Shown here: piece after piece, positions 8,012 to 17,659 of the stretch
How the letters are laid out: every line of letters starts with the position of its first letter
Position numbering within the stretch: the stretch's first letter is position 1
Assembly (NCBI GenBank): GCA_016213135.1
Contig: JACRBQ010000035.1
Location: 149,722-213,721, forward strand
Reading direction: 5' to 3'
Length of the DNA stretch: 64,000 nt
Source: Chloroflexota bacterium
GTDB lineage: Bacteria; Chloroflexota; Anaerolineae; Anaerolineales; VGOW01
The notes under the pieces: generated by a model
Database searches by the model: none
What the model saw: the letters and a program-made list of their open reading frames with translations, nothing else
What the model was told of the DNA's origin: nothing
Made by a program: the position numbers and the translations under genes

Positions 8012-9373
8012 TCACTCCGCCTTCTCAATAAACCCCTCTTCCATCATGCTCCGGGTGAGGTTGCGCGACCGGCGGATGATGGCGGCGGCCCGTTGATACT
8101 CCTCGTCGTGTGTGGTCGGGATGCGGGCGATGCCCTGTTCCACCGCTTTGGCGGCCACGGCGGCGGCCTCGCGTGGGAACACATCCCATTCGTCCATCGT
8201 GGGCAAAATGTACTCCGGGTTCAAGCCGTGCTCGGCGGCCATATCGGCCAGGGCGTGCGCGGCGGCAATGCACATCTCGTCGGTGATGGTCTTGGCGCGC
8301 ACATCCAGCGCCCCACGGAAAATGCCGGGGAAGCCGAGTGAATTGTTCACCTGGTTGGGGAAGTCGCTGCGGCCCGTGGCGACTACGGCCGCCCCGGCCG
8401 CTTTGGCGTCCCACGGCCAAATCTCCGGCACCGGGTTGGCGCAGGCGAACACGATGGCGTCGTCCGCCATGGATGCGATCCATTCTTTTTTCAGCACATC
8501 CGGCCCCGGGGTGGAAAGGGCAATCACCACGTCCGCGCCGTGGAGGGCCTCGGCGATGCCGCCCTCGCGCCCTTCGGCATTGGTGCTCTGGCACAGCCGC
8601 CACTTGTCCACGTATTCGGCTTTGCGAAGCTCGAGGTCTTTGCGATTCTTGTGCAGGATGCCCTTGCTGTCCACCATGAGGCACAGTTCGGGCGATGCGC
8701 CACAGGTGAAGATGAGCCGCGTGCAGGCCACGTTGGCCGCGCCGCTGCCTACGAACACGATGCGGATGTCCGACATCTTCTTGCCCACGATCTTCACGGC
8801 GTTGATCAGCCCGGCCAGCGTGACCATGGCCGTGCCCTGCTGGTCGTCGTGCCAGATCGGAATCTCGGCCTTCTGCCGCAACGTGTCGAGGATGCGGAAG
8901 CATTTGGGTTGAGAGAAGTCTTCGAGGTTGACGCCGCCGAACCCCGGTTGAATGGTGAGCACCGTTTCGATGATCTTGTCCGGGTCTTTGGTGTCGAGCA
9001 TGATCGGCCAGGCGTCCACGCCGCCGAGATATTTGTAGAGCAGCGCCTTGCCCTCCATCACCGGCAGGCCGGCCTTGGGGCCGATGTCGCCCAGGCCCAG
9101 CACCCGCGTGCCATCGGACACCACGGCCACCGTGTTCCACTTGTTGGTCATCTCGTACACCAACTCCGGGTTGGCCTGAATGGCTTTGCACGGCGCGGCC
9201 ACGCCCGGCGTGTACCAGATGGCAAAATCGCTGAAGTCGCGCACCCGGCACTTGAGGGCGGTCTCCACTTTGCCCCGGTAAAACGGGTGCAGGCGCATGG
9301 CATCGGCTGACGGCTTTTTGGCTTTCGCCAGCAGTTCGTCAATCGTCAGGGTTGGAGCATCCTTAAGCATCAT
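8012..9373 (-). CDS. NAD(P)-dependent malic enzyme (short, about 450-aa type)
   Basis: [60 protein letters not shown]. Confidence 0.9.
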   Translation of the reverse strand: MMLKDAPTLTIDELLAKAKKPSADAMRLHPFYRGKVETALKCRVRDFSDFAIWYTPGVAAPCKAIQANPELVYEMTNKWNTVAVVSDGTRVLGLGDIGPKAGLPVMEGKALLYKYLGGVDAWPIMLDTKDPDKIIETVLTIQPGFGGVNLEDFSQPKCFRILDTLRQKAEIPIWHDDQQGTAMVTLAGLINAVKIVGKKMSDIRIVFVGSGAANVACTRLIFTCGASPELCLMVDSKGILHKNRKDLELRKAEYVDKWRLCQSTNAEGREGGIAEALHGADVVIALSTPGPDVLKKEWIASMADDAIVFACANPVPEIWPWDAKAAGAAVVATGRSDFPNQVNNSLGFPGIFRGALDVRAKTITDEMCIAAAHALADMAAEHGLNPEYILPTMDEWDVFPREAAAVAAKAVEQGIARIPTTHDEEYQRAAAIIRRSRNLTRSMMEEGFIEKAE

Positions 9374-9413
9374 GTTTTCTCCCCTTGAGTGTGGCCCGGC
9401 GGCCGCGCGGCCG

Positions 9414-10349
9414 CTAGAGCCTGAGATATGAATCGGTGTAAATCACTTTGTTCAGCAACACCTGCACCGTCTTCCACAAACCCAGTTGCGCCGGGTCTTT
9501 CATGTCCACGTCGCCCGACTCCAACTCGGCCCCGGCGGCCACCGCGTCGTGCAATTTCAGATACAGCGCCCCCAACGGCGTGGAGCCGTCACGCTGCTGC
9601 ACAATACGGATGGCGTTCATCAAATCTTCGTCAAACGCATCGATGATGGCCGCATCGAGTCCCACGGCCATGAGCATCACCATGTAGGTGCGGTTGAGCA
9701 GGGGGCGCATGGCTGCCGGAACCGCGTTGGACACGTTGGACAGGCCCACGTTCACCTGCGGCGGCGGGTCGGCCACCATCTTCAGCATCCGCACGGCTTC
9801 GATGCACTGCGGCACAAATTCCTGGCAACCGGACACGGTGAGCACGAGCGGGTCGATCAGCAAATCCTCCATGGGCAGGCCCAACTCCTGCGCCCGGGGG
9901 ATTAGCTTCTCCATGGCAATACCCACGCGGGCGTCGGCGCTGACGGGGATGCCTTCTTTGGCCATGGTGAGGGCGATGAGCTTCGCGCCGTATTGCACCG
10001 CCAGCGGCGGCACGGTAGCCAGCCGTTCTTCTTCGGCAGAGGTAGAGTTGATGATGGCATTGACCCGGCCATCGCGCTTGACTTTCTTGAGGCCGGCCTC
10101 GATAGCCGCCAGGTTGGTGGTGTCGAACGACAGCATCATGCCGCCCACCCCTTCTTGCACGCAATCCACCAGCCACTCCATCACCGCCGGCCCCGATTTT
10201 TTCTGCGGCCCGATGTTGAGGTCCAACGCGTGAGCGCCGGCCGCCTTTTGCCGGCGCGCCAGTTCAACGAAGTATGCGCCGTCGCGGGCGGCGAGGGCTT
10301 CTTTGACTTTGGGTGAAATGATATGGATGGCTTCACCGATGAGCAGCAT
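9414..10349 (-). CDS. acsE: Methyltetrahydrofolate:corrinoid/iron-sulfur protein methyltransferase
   Basis: Pterin-binding (DHPS-like) barrel protein: MLLIGEAIHIISPKVKEAL.., LDLNIGP, SFDTTN, INSTSAEE. Sits in an acs context. Confidence 0.85.
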   Translation of the reverse strand: MLLIGEAIHIISPKVKEALAARDGAYFVELARRQKAAGAHALDLNIGPQKKSGPAVMEWLVDCVQEGVGGMMLSFDTTNLAAIEAGLKKVKRDGRVNAIINSTSAEEERLATVPPLAVQYGAKLIALTMAKEGIPVSADARVGIAMEKLIPRAQELGLPMEDLLIDPLVLTVSGCQEFVPQCIEAVRMLKMVADPPPQVNVGLSNVSNAVPAAMRPLLNRTYMVMLMAVGLDAAIIDAFDEDLMNAIRIVQQRDGSTPLGALYLKLHDAVAAGAELESGDVDMKDPAQLGLWKTVQVLLNKVIYTDSYLRL

Positions 10350-10606
10350 GAGTCTCTCCTTGATTGATTGAATTTGCGCAACCGCCCGCGCACAACGGCG
10401 GCTGCTCTTAGGCTATCACCGGCGCGGCGCGCCGGGCTATTGCCAAACTTCCCAATTACGGGATATGAAAGTCACAAGGGTTAAGCAACACACCCCGCGC
10501 CACAAAGCCGGGGGTGTGTTGTACTGGTAGTCGGTCGAAATAATCGGAAACAAAAACCTGCGCGTATTGACCGGGTTGGCGTTGCCACCCGTCTGGGTAG
10601 GGGCAA

Positions 10607-12715
10607 TTACGCCACGACTTTGGCTCGCACATCCAATGCCACTGTGCCTTCGCCTTCGGGCAACACGCGCAACGGGTTAATCTCGATTTCAGCCAACTCC
10701 GGGAAATCGGCGGCCAACTGCCCCAGCCGCAGCATCACGTCAATCACCGCGTCACGGTCGGCGGGCTGCAGGTTACGGTAGCCGCGCAACTTGCGCCCGG
10801 CCCAGGTGCTTTCCAGCAGATAATCGGCCTCTTCGCGCGAGAGCGGCGCCAGGGCAAAGGCCACGTCGCGCACCGCCTCCACTTCGATGCCGCCCGAGCC
10901 GACCATGATCATTGCGCCAAATTGCGGGTCCTGCACCGCGCCCACGATCACATCTTGCCCGGCGGGGATCATGCGTTGCACGTGCGCGCCCCACACGTCG
11001 GCTTCAGGCCGGGCGGCGCGGGCGTTGCGCAGCACAGTCATGAATCCGTCGGACACGGCGCTCTCATCGCCAAGATTCAACAGCACACCGCCGACATCCG
11101 ATTTGTGCGAGATGTCGGGCGAGGCCACTTTGAGAGCCACGGGGAAACCCAACTCGCGAGCCAGGGCGGCGGCTCCCTCTGCCGTGCGGGCCAACTCCAC
11201 GCGCGGCGTGCGCACGCCATACGCAGACAACACGCGCTCCACCTGTGCCTGAGTCATAAACGGCCGGCTGCCGCCATCCGCGGCGCTGAACAATTGCCGG
11301 ACTGCGGCGCGGTCGACGTCCGGCAAGGGCGAGGGTTGCCAGTGCGCGCGGGCCAGCACTTCCCCGCGCTGCGCCAGCATAGCCAATGCCGAAGCCGCCC
11401 GCTCGGGGAAGCGGTAGTCGGGAATGTGCGCGGCGCGGAACAACTGCGCGGCGCGCTGGATGAGGTTCTCGCCCATAAGGGCCACCACTACTGGCTTGGC
11501 CGAGTCGCGGATCACGGGCACCAGCGGCTCGGCCACCTCATCGGCGGAGAACATGGGCGGCGGCAGCAGAATCACCATCACGCCATCCACGGCCGCGTCG
11601 GCCAACAGCAGGCGCAGGCTCTGGGCGTATTGCCCGGGCGAGGCCGAGGCCAGCATGTCCACCGGGTTGCGCACACTGGCCGAGGGCGGCAACAGCGCGC
11701 GCAGCGCGGCTTGGGTGTCGGCGGTCAATTCGGTAAGATGCAGCCCGTGGCTCTCGATGGCATCGGCGGCAATGGCCCCCGGCCCTCCGGCGTTGGTCAA
11801 CACCGCCATGGCGCGCCCGGCGGGCGGGGGGCACCACGCCAGGGCGCGCGCCCAATCGAACATTTCCTCATTGGTGTCGGCTCGGATCACGCCGGCGCGG
11901 CGGAAGGCGGCGTTGTAGGCGGCTTCTTCACCGGCCAGCGCCCCGGTGTGCGAGGCCACGGCCCGCCGCCCGGCGGCGAAGCGCCCCACCTTGAGTGCGA
12001 TGACCGGCTTGTGCTGCGTCACCTTCTTTGCTTCGTCCACGAACCGGCGGCCTGTGGTGATGCCTTCGATATACAGCGTAAGCACTTTGGTGTTCGGGTC
12101 GGCGGCCACCGGCGCCAACATGTCGGTCTCGTTCACATCGGCCTGGTTGCCGAGGCTGACGAGTTGCGACAGCCCGAAGCCTTGCCCCGTGGCCCAATCG
12201 ATGACGGCGGCGCACACCGCCCCGGAGTGAGAAAGGAATGCCACGTCGCCGGGGCTGGGGGTGGGCGGCGGCAAAAAGGTGGTGTCGAGGGGCAGGTGGG
12301 TATCGAGCAGGCCGATGCAGTTAGGGCCGAGCAACCGTATGCCGAACCGGGCGGCAACTTGCAGACAAGCGTTTTCGAGCGCCAGCCCCTCCGGGCCTAC
12401 TTCGCGAAAGCCGCCGGAGGCAATGATGGCGGCGCGAACGCCGCGTGCGCCGCACTCGCGCAGAGTATCGGGCACGGCCGGGGCGGGAATGATGAGCACG
12501 GCCAGATCAACGGGGTCCGGCACGGAAGCGATTGACGTATACACCGGGCGGTCGAGCAGCGTGCCGCCGCGCGGGTTCACAAAGTGGATGCCGCCAACGT
12601 ATCCGCAGTGGACGAGGTTGCGCGCCACGCCGTAGCCCAACTTGGTGGGGTCGTGCGATGCGCCCACCACGACCACGCCGCGGGGGTGAAAGAAGGAATC
12701 GAGGGAGTTGCTCAT
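10607..12715 (-). CDS. ADP-forming acetyl-CoA synthetase (fused alpha-beta; CoA-binding, succinyl-CoA-synthetase-like and ATP-grasp domains)
   Basis: 702 aa. FFHPRGVVVVGAS..KLGY, AAIIASGGFRE, LGPNCIGL, SHSGA, C-terminal ATP-grasp region. Its ATG overlaps the upstream stop (ATGA at 12712-12715). Confidence 0.85.
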   Translation of the reverse strand: MSNSLDSFFHPRGVVVVGASHDPTKLGYGVARNLVHCGYVGGIHFVNPRGGTLLDRPVYTSIASVPDPVDLAVLIIPAPAVPDTLRECGARGVRAAIIASGGFREVGPEGLALENACLQVAARFGIRLLGPNCIGLLDTHLPLDTTFLPPPTPSPGDVAFLSHSGAVCAAVIDWATGQGFGLSQLVSLGNQADVNETDMLAPVAADPNTKVLTLYIEGITTGRRFVDEAKKVTQHKPVIALKVGRFAAGRRAVASHTGALAGEEAAYNAAFRRAGVIRADTNEEMFDWARALAWCPPPAGRAMAVLTNAGGPGAIAADAIESHGLHLTELTADTQAALRALLPPSASVRNPVDMLASASPGQYAQSLRLLLADAAVDGVMVILLPPPMFSADEVAEPLVPVIRDSAKPVVVALMGENLIQRAAQLFRAAHIPDYRFPERAASALAMLAQRGEVLARAHWQPSPLPDVDRAAVRQLFSAADGGSRPFMTQAQVERVLSAYGVRTPRVELARTAEGAAALARELGFPVALKVASPDISHKSDVGGVLLNLGDESAVSDGFMTVLRNARAARPEADVWGAHVQRMIPAGQDVIVGAVQDPQFGAMIMVGSGGIEVEAVRDVAFALAPLSREEADYLLESTWAGRKLRGYRNLQPADRDAVIDVMLRLGQLAADFPELAEIEINPLRVLPEGEGTVALDVRAKVVA

Positions 12716-13170
12716 ACGGGTTTGACGACCTGCCCAAGGCGTTTGAGTAGTGCGGCGATGATCAAGATAATGCTCCAGTAGAATGCAAATTCAAAGAACC
12801 CGAAGATAAGCGCCGAGGCAACGCTGACCTGCCGCAGCAAGGGGCACGCCTCGAACAATCGACGCCCGCAGATGGCCCGCAGGTGGCCGGGGAAAGAGTC
12901 GAGGCCGCCCAACAGGCAGAAGGTCACAGCGGCATTGCCCGGCAAGCGCAGGGCCAGCCACCACATTCCGAGCGCAATGGCGGCCTCGAGCAGGGCCATC
13001 AACAGCGGCATCATCCAGCGCGCCCGGTCGGCGAAGGCGTATTTGTAGCAGGTCTCCCATACGAATGAGTCTTGCATCACCCAAGTCCACAAGGCCAGCC
13101 AGAATGCCGCGGAGGCGATCACGAGCGGCCAGCCGTTCCGCTTCCGCCGACGTGGAATTGACAATCGCAT
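12712..13170 (-). CDS. Small hydrophobic membrane protein of unknown function
   Basis: 152 aa with several predicted TM stretches. Translationally coupled (ATGA) to the acetyl-CoA synthetase. The first ~13 codons are overprinted on acsE-derived sequence. The C-terminus FGFFEFAFYWSIILIIAALL has a paralogous fragment at 26143..26358. Confidence 0.55.
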   Translation of the reverse strand: MRLSIPRRRKRNGWPLVIASAAFWLALWTWVMQDSFVWETCYKYAFADRARWMMPLLMALLEAAIALGMWWLALRLPGNAAVTFCLLGGLDSFPGHLRAICGRRLFEACPLLRQVSVASALIFGFFEFAFYWSIILIIAALLKRLGQVVKPV

Positions 13171-13458
13171 TGGCCCGCCCGTTCTTGGCGATCTTTTTCA
13201 AGCCGACTTCAATCGCGGCAAGATTGGTGGTGTCGAACGACAGTGTCATGCCGCCAACCGCCTCTTGCACGCAATCCACCAGCCAGTCCGTCACTTCTGG
13301 CCCGGCTTTTTTCTGCGGGCCGATGTTGAGATCGAGCGCCTCGGCCCCGGCCTCCTTTTGCTTGCGCGCCAACTCCACAAAAAAAGCGCCGTCACGGGCG
13401 GCGAGCGCTTCCTTCACTTGGGCGAGATGATGTGGATCGATTCTCCGATGAGTAGCAT
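13131..13458 (-). pseudogene. Truncated, frameshifted duplicate of the acsE 5' end
   Basis: About 80% nt identity by eye to 10020..10349. ATG 13458 with AGGAGG RBS gives MLLIGESIHIISPK then TGA. A 1-nt deletion (cccaa-gtgaag vs cccaaagtcaaag) shifts the frame. The shifted frame continues KEALAARDGAFFVELARKQKEAG..NSTSAEAERLA, and homology ends there. Confidence 0.85.
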
Positions 13459-13674
13459 GGGGCCTCCTATTGGGGTTTCAATCACCCTATCACGCGCCTC
13501 ACCGCCTAGCCATTGCCAAACGTCCCGGATTCAAACTACAAAAAGTCACGCGGCGCGAGAATTTCCTTTGCTAATATCCATCCGATTTGTCTGGGTTGTT
13601 TGTTTTGTTTCTCAATGTGCCCAGGCAACCAAAAAGCCCCCCTGCGTTGACCGCGCCGTGAGCCACAATGGTGA

Positions 13675-15792
13675 TCATTTGATCAAGATCAACAGTTTGA
13701 TCACGTACAGTTGATACAAACCGCCGTCCTGACTACCAAAGTACACGTTGTAATCGCCGCCCACCACCACGCCGGAGCGCACGTCGCCGTTGGTGCTGCC
13801 GGAGGGCGGGCTGGTGGGGCCGGCACCGCTGTAAGCATTGGTGTCGTAATGGCCCAAGTCGCGTCCGGTGCGCGCGTCCAGCGCCCACACCGAGCCGTAA
13901 TCATTGTTGCCGGTGACGTTGCAGTTGCTGGCGGCGGCGCAGTTTGCGCCGACGATGATGATGCCGTCCACCAGCGCCGGAGACGATTTGACGCCACCCG
14001 GAATCAGCCGCACGCCGCCGGCGTTGTAGGCGCTGGGGTTGGTCGAAAACTCCGGGTTGGCTTGATCCGGCCCCGCGCCGTCGCCGTCAACGTTGTCCCA
14101 GATTGAATTGCCGTACACCGCGTCCAGCGCCCACACGCCGCCGGCCTTGTTCGCGCTTTCGTCGCCGTTGCCGCCGAAGATCACGCCGCAGTAAAACACC
14201 GGATCGGAACGGTGATTGAGTTGGCCGGTGTACTTGTGCCACACTTCCACGCCGGTGAGGGCATCGTAGGCATACAGATAGCCGTCCGTCGGCGCGCCGT
14301 ACACGCGGAGCGTGTCCGGAATGTTGTCGTAATTAGTGTCCACGTAGGCCACTGTGGGCGACTGGCGGTTATTATCGCCGCTGTTCGCCCAGTCCATATC
14401 AGTGGACGACAGCCACTTCTTCGAGCCGTCGCTGGAGTTGATGGCGTAGATGAACGGCGGATATTTGCCGGCCGGACTCCCGCCCCAGCCACTGTTCAGC
14501 AAATCCTTGCCGTGATCGGCGAGGTACACCACGCCGTTATACACAGCCACCGTGCCGTAAATGGGCGTGTATCCCCAGTGCGAGCTGACGTTGCTGGCGC
14601 CGATGCCCGCGCCGTCGAGAAATGTAGTTGTGACCCAGTTGGCCGGCACGTTGGTGTTCACGCTGGCGGCCGGTATCGGCGTGGAGCGCCAGAGGATGCT
14701 TCCGTTGAGGGCGTCAATCTTGTAGACATTGCCGCGCGAGGTGGCCGTGTAAATGTAATAGTTGCTCCCTTCCTGCGCCAACGCCGGGGAGGAGCGGTAC
14801 GCGCCGTCGCTGTTGTATTCGTCGTTGGTGTTGGCCGTCTGCCACAACACGTTGCCGTTGCGGGCGTCGAGCGCGTACGTCTTGCCGTTGTGGCCGTTGA
14901 CGAGCACGACGGGGTAATCGCTGTTCAGCCCGGGAATGATCGTGGTCAGCGGCGACGAGCGCACGTCGGTCACTTTATCCAGCGGTTGAAACCACAGCAG
15001 GCCGCCGATGTTCGCCCCGCCCGGAAGCGAGCGCTTGGTGTTGGCATAGGCGCCGCCTACGGCATCGTTGTAGCCTCCCGCCGTGCCGTACAAATTGGTG
15101 GCCGTGCCGCTGGAACCGTCCCAGGCATACACCCCCGAATAAGAGTCCGCGCCGCCTTTGGTCGGGCCGTTGGAGCCGACATAGGCCACGTAGTGGCCGC
15201 TAAAAATGCGCGAGTCGGCGTAGATGCCCGGCGTGGAGCGGTGATTCTGCGTGTCGCTTAATTCCCAGCGGTATCCCCACTGATAGCGGACGGACTCGAT
15301 GCCCGAATCCAGCGACAGGCACGTCTGGGAGCCGGTGCGAGTCGGGCCGCCGCGAAACATGGGATAGGTTTGATCGCCCGACCACGACGACCCCAGCGCC
15401 GTGGCTTTGGCCGATACGTCCACCGAGCCAATGTCGATGATGTTGAGGAATGTGGTTGGCACCGGGCGCTTGATTTCGACGGTGATGGAATCGTTGGGGA
15501 CGCGCACCTGGCCGACGACAACGGAGATGGTGTGGTTGGAGGGCAGGATGTTGTACAACGAAAGGTATTGCAGCGATTTATTGTAGGCGGCGGTGGCGCT
15601 GGGCAGTTCGGCGCCGCCGGCCAGGGCGGCGGCATCGGCGCGCGCGGCCAGGTCGGCGCGATTCCAGAAGACAATGGCCGAGTCGGTGGCTAATCCGATC
15701 ATCGCCGTCAGGCCGACGAAAATCAACGCCAGAATCACGATCATCTGTCCGCTTTCGGCGGACAAGGGGTGAGGCCGTGGTTGCTTGCTCAT
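13675..15792 (-). CDS. TadG-like N-terminal anchor fused to a PQQ/BamB-type beta-propeller
   Basis: N-terminus SGQMIVILALIFVGLTAMIGLATDSAIVFWNRADLAARADAAALAGG is TadG/Tad-like. It is followed by repeated blades with GNVLWQT, GSILWRS, GSKKWLS, GVEVWHK, GNSIWDN. Confidence 0.7.
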   Translation of the reverse strand: MSKQPRPHPLSAESGQMIVILALIFVGLTAMIGLATDSAIVFWNRADLAARADAAALAGGAELPSATAAYNKSLQYLSLYNILPSNHTISVVVGQVRVPNDSITVEIKRPVPTTFLNIIDIGSVDVSAKATALGSSWSGDQTYPMFRGGPTRTGSQTCLSLDSGIESVRYQWGYRWELSDTQNHRSTPGIYADSRIFSGHYVAYVGSNGPTKGGADSYSGVYAWDGSSGTATNLYGTAGGYNDAVGGAYANTKRSLPGGANIGGLLWFQPLDKVTDVRSSPLTTIIPGLNSDYPVVLVNGHNGKTYALDARNGNVLWQTANTNDEYNSDGAYRSSPALAQEGSNYYIYTATSRGNVYKIDALNGSILWRSTPIPAASVNTNVPANWVTTTFLDGAGIGASNVSSHWGYTPIYGTVAVYNGVVYLADHGKDLLNSGWGGSPAGKYPPFIYAINSSDGSKKWLSSTDMDWANSGDNNRQSPTVAYVDTNYDNIPDTLRVYGAPTDGYLYAYDALTGVEVWHKYTGQLNHRSDPVFYCGVIFGGNGDESANKAGGVWALDAVYGNSIWDNVDGDGAGPDQANPEFSTNPSAYNAGGVRLIPGGVKSSPALVDGIIIVGANCAAASNCNVTGNNDYGSVWALDARTGRDLGHYDTNAYSGAGPTSPPSGSTNGDVRSGVVVGGDYNVYFGSQDGGLYQLYVIKLLILIK

Positions 15793-15795
15793 TCT

Positions 15796-16452
15796 CTAAT
15801 TCCCTATGACGCGCATGATGGTGTACGAATACATTGGCACGCTGGCGTTCCAGATAAACAGCGGGTAACGGTAGAAAAATTCGACGATGACAAATTCATC
15901 CGTGCCGTTGGTTTGCGCGCCCTGGCTGAACCTCGACAGCACACTGCCCGACGTGAAGCGGCTGGCCTGGGTGTTGTCGAGGCCGGAAGCGTAGGCCGAG
16001 GTGTATGAGGTGATGGCTGATACGCCGCCGGTAGTGCTGGTCTGCACGCGGGTGACGATGATGGTGGCGTTCGTCGAGGTCATCGAGAGCGGGTACGCCA
16101 CAGTCTGCGTGGTGGAGGCGATCTGCGCCGGCGTGTAGGAGTAATCGTGCGAACCGTAGCGGGCGCCTTCGCGCGCGGCGTTGATCACGATGAGGTAGGT
16201 GTTGATCACCAGGCCAATCTGCACCAGCCCCACCAGAAAAGCCAACAGCATCGGAAAGAACAGCGCCGTCTCCAGCAAACTCTGGCCGCGCTCGCCCCAC
16301 GTATCAATCTCACTCTGAGCGGAACGACTAAAGTCGTCACTACGTTTTCGCGCCGTAGTAGCGACTTGAGTCGCGTTTTTCGGGGAACGACTAAAGTCGT
16401 CACTACGTTTTCGTGATCTACTATTAGTCGGAAATAGATCGGAAGCAGCCAT
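15796..16452 (-). CDS. TadE-like pseudopilin with repeat-derived leader peptide
   Basis: GERGQSLLETALFFPMLLAFLVGLVQIGLV matches the TadE/Flp-type processing motif (G/xxxxE plus a hydrophobic helix). The only in-frame start is ATG 16452, so a 44-aa leader carries RKRSDDFSRS twice. Confidence 0.7.
   Translation of the reverse strand: MAASDLFPTNSRSRKRSDDFSRSPKNATQVATTARKRSDDFSRSAQSEIDTWGERGQSLLETALFFPMLLAFLVGLVQIGLVINTYLIVINAAREGARYGSHDYSYTPAQIASTTQTVAYPLSMTSTNATIIVTRVQTSTTGGVSAITSYTSAYASGLDNTQASRFTSGSVLSRFSQGAQTNGTDEFVIVEFFYRYPLFIWNASVPMYSYTIMRVIGN
16321..16420. repeat. Three copies (direct, inverted, direct) of a CGACTAAAGTCG-type element
   Basis: ggaacgactaaagtcgtcactacgttttcg occurs at 16321 and 16384, with an inverted, diverged copy between them. 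A fourth copy lies at 60255..60303 with the same ttcgtgatcta tail. Confidence 0.9.
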
Positions 16453-17584
16453 TGTCGAATGTCATCTCCACTGAGTGATAGACGCCGCGCAGGGCATTGC
16501 CGTTTTCGAACACCAGCTCCATCGTCACCGTCTGGCCGGGGTCAACCGTCCGGCCCGGGCCGAGCCAGGCGGATTCCTTCGGAATGAGAGTCGGCGACTT
16601 GAAATCTTCCCCATTCCAGATCAGCGCGCCCCCCAAACGGATCAAGTCGAGTTCGCGCTCTCCCCATTCCGCTCGGAGATTTACCAGAGTGATCGGCGCG
16701 GCTTCCTGGTTGCTGACATTCAGCGACATTATCTCGGCGGCGAAATCAAAGCCGGTCAAGACAATCGCGCATCCCGGTGTGAACGTCGGGCCCAGCGCCG
16801 CTATGGTTGCGGTGGGCGGAAGCGTGGCCGTCGGGCTGGGGCCGGGCGTAACGGTGTTGGTCGGGGGTCGGGTGGCGGTGTGGGCGGGCGTGTGCGTGAG
16901 CGTCGGCGTCGGCGTCGGCGTGTCGGTGATGTTGTCGGCGCGAATCAGTTGACAGCCGTTTTCAAAAGTCAGTGTGAGGGCATAGCCGGAGGCCGAGGCC
17001 GGGTTGGCAAATTTGAAATTGAGCGCCTTGTTTGCTTTGGCGGCCAGGCCCCGGTTGCCGCCGTCTATCCAGTTTGACTCATCCGGCAGAAGAGTGGCCG
17101 GAGACGGATCATCGGGCGCGGCAATTTTGGAAGCGCCGAAGGCGGCTTCGAGCAAGCGGCCGTTTTCGGCGGGCCATTCCAGCAAAAGTGTTTTGACGAA
17201 CAGCGTGTCTGCGCCTTCGTTGAACACGGCCACCGATACGGTGTCGCCGCCGGTGGTGAACAGCCCGGCGCGCAGGCTGCCGCAGGCGCGCGGTTCGACG
17301 CTGCTCGTTGGCGCGGCGGCAACAACGCTGGCCGTGATCGCCGGCAGGGGCGTGGAGGTATCGAGCGGCGGCAGTGTGGGAAAGGCCACGTTGACCTGCG
17401 GCGGGAGCGCGGCGGTGGCCCCGCCGACCGGCTCGACGGGCGCGGGCGTCGCTCCGCCGCGCGCGGAAAGGAAGACGGCGACTCCGATGCCAACGACGAC
17501 GACGATGAGAACGAGGCCGAGGATCAGCAGTCCGTTGATCAACCGGTCGCCGCCGGAGTGGGAGGTTGAAGTCTGTCGAGTCAT
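16424..17584 (-). CDS. N-terminally membrane-anchored protein with two copies of an unrecognised Cys-bracketed domain
   Basis: TM helix LINGLLILGLVLIVVVVGIGVAVFL. Domain copies at aa 101-211 and 272-386 are separated by a Pro/Thr linker. Each copy begins with Cys and ends TF[ED]NGC. Confidence 0.75.
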   Translation of the reverse strand: MTRQTSTSHSGGDRLINGLLILGLVLIVVVVGIGVAVFLSARGGATPAPVEPVGGATAALPPQVNVAFPTLPPLDTSTPLPAITASVVAAAPTSSVEPRACGSLRAGLFTTGGDTVSVAVFNEGADTLFVKTLLLEWPAENGRLLEAAFGASKIAAPDDPSPATLLPDESNWIDGGNRGLAAKANKALNFKFANPASASGYALTLTFENGCQLIRADNITDTPTPTPTLTHTPAHTATRPPTNTVTPGPSPTATLPPTATIAALGPTFTPGCAIVLTGFDFAAEIMSLNVSNQEAAPITLVNLRAEWGERELDLIRLGGALIWNGEDFKSPTLIPKESAWLGPGRTVDPGQTVTMELVFENGNALRGVYHSVEMTFDNGCFRSISD

Positions 17585-17659
17585 TGGGCTGAAGAGAGGA
17601 GACTGTATTTCGGGTTATGGTTTACGCGCAAAAAACAATTACCGAATCCTCTCCTGAAT

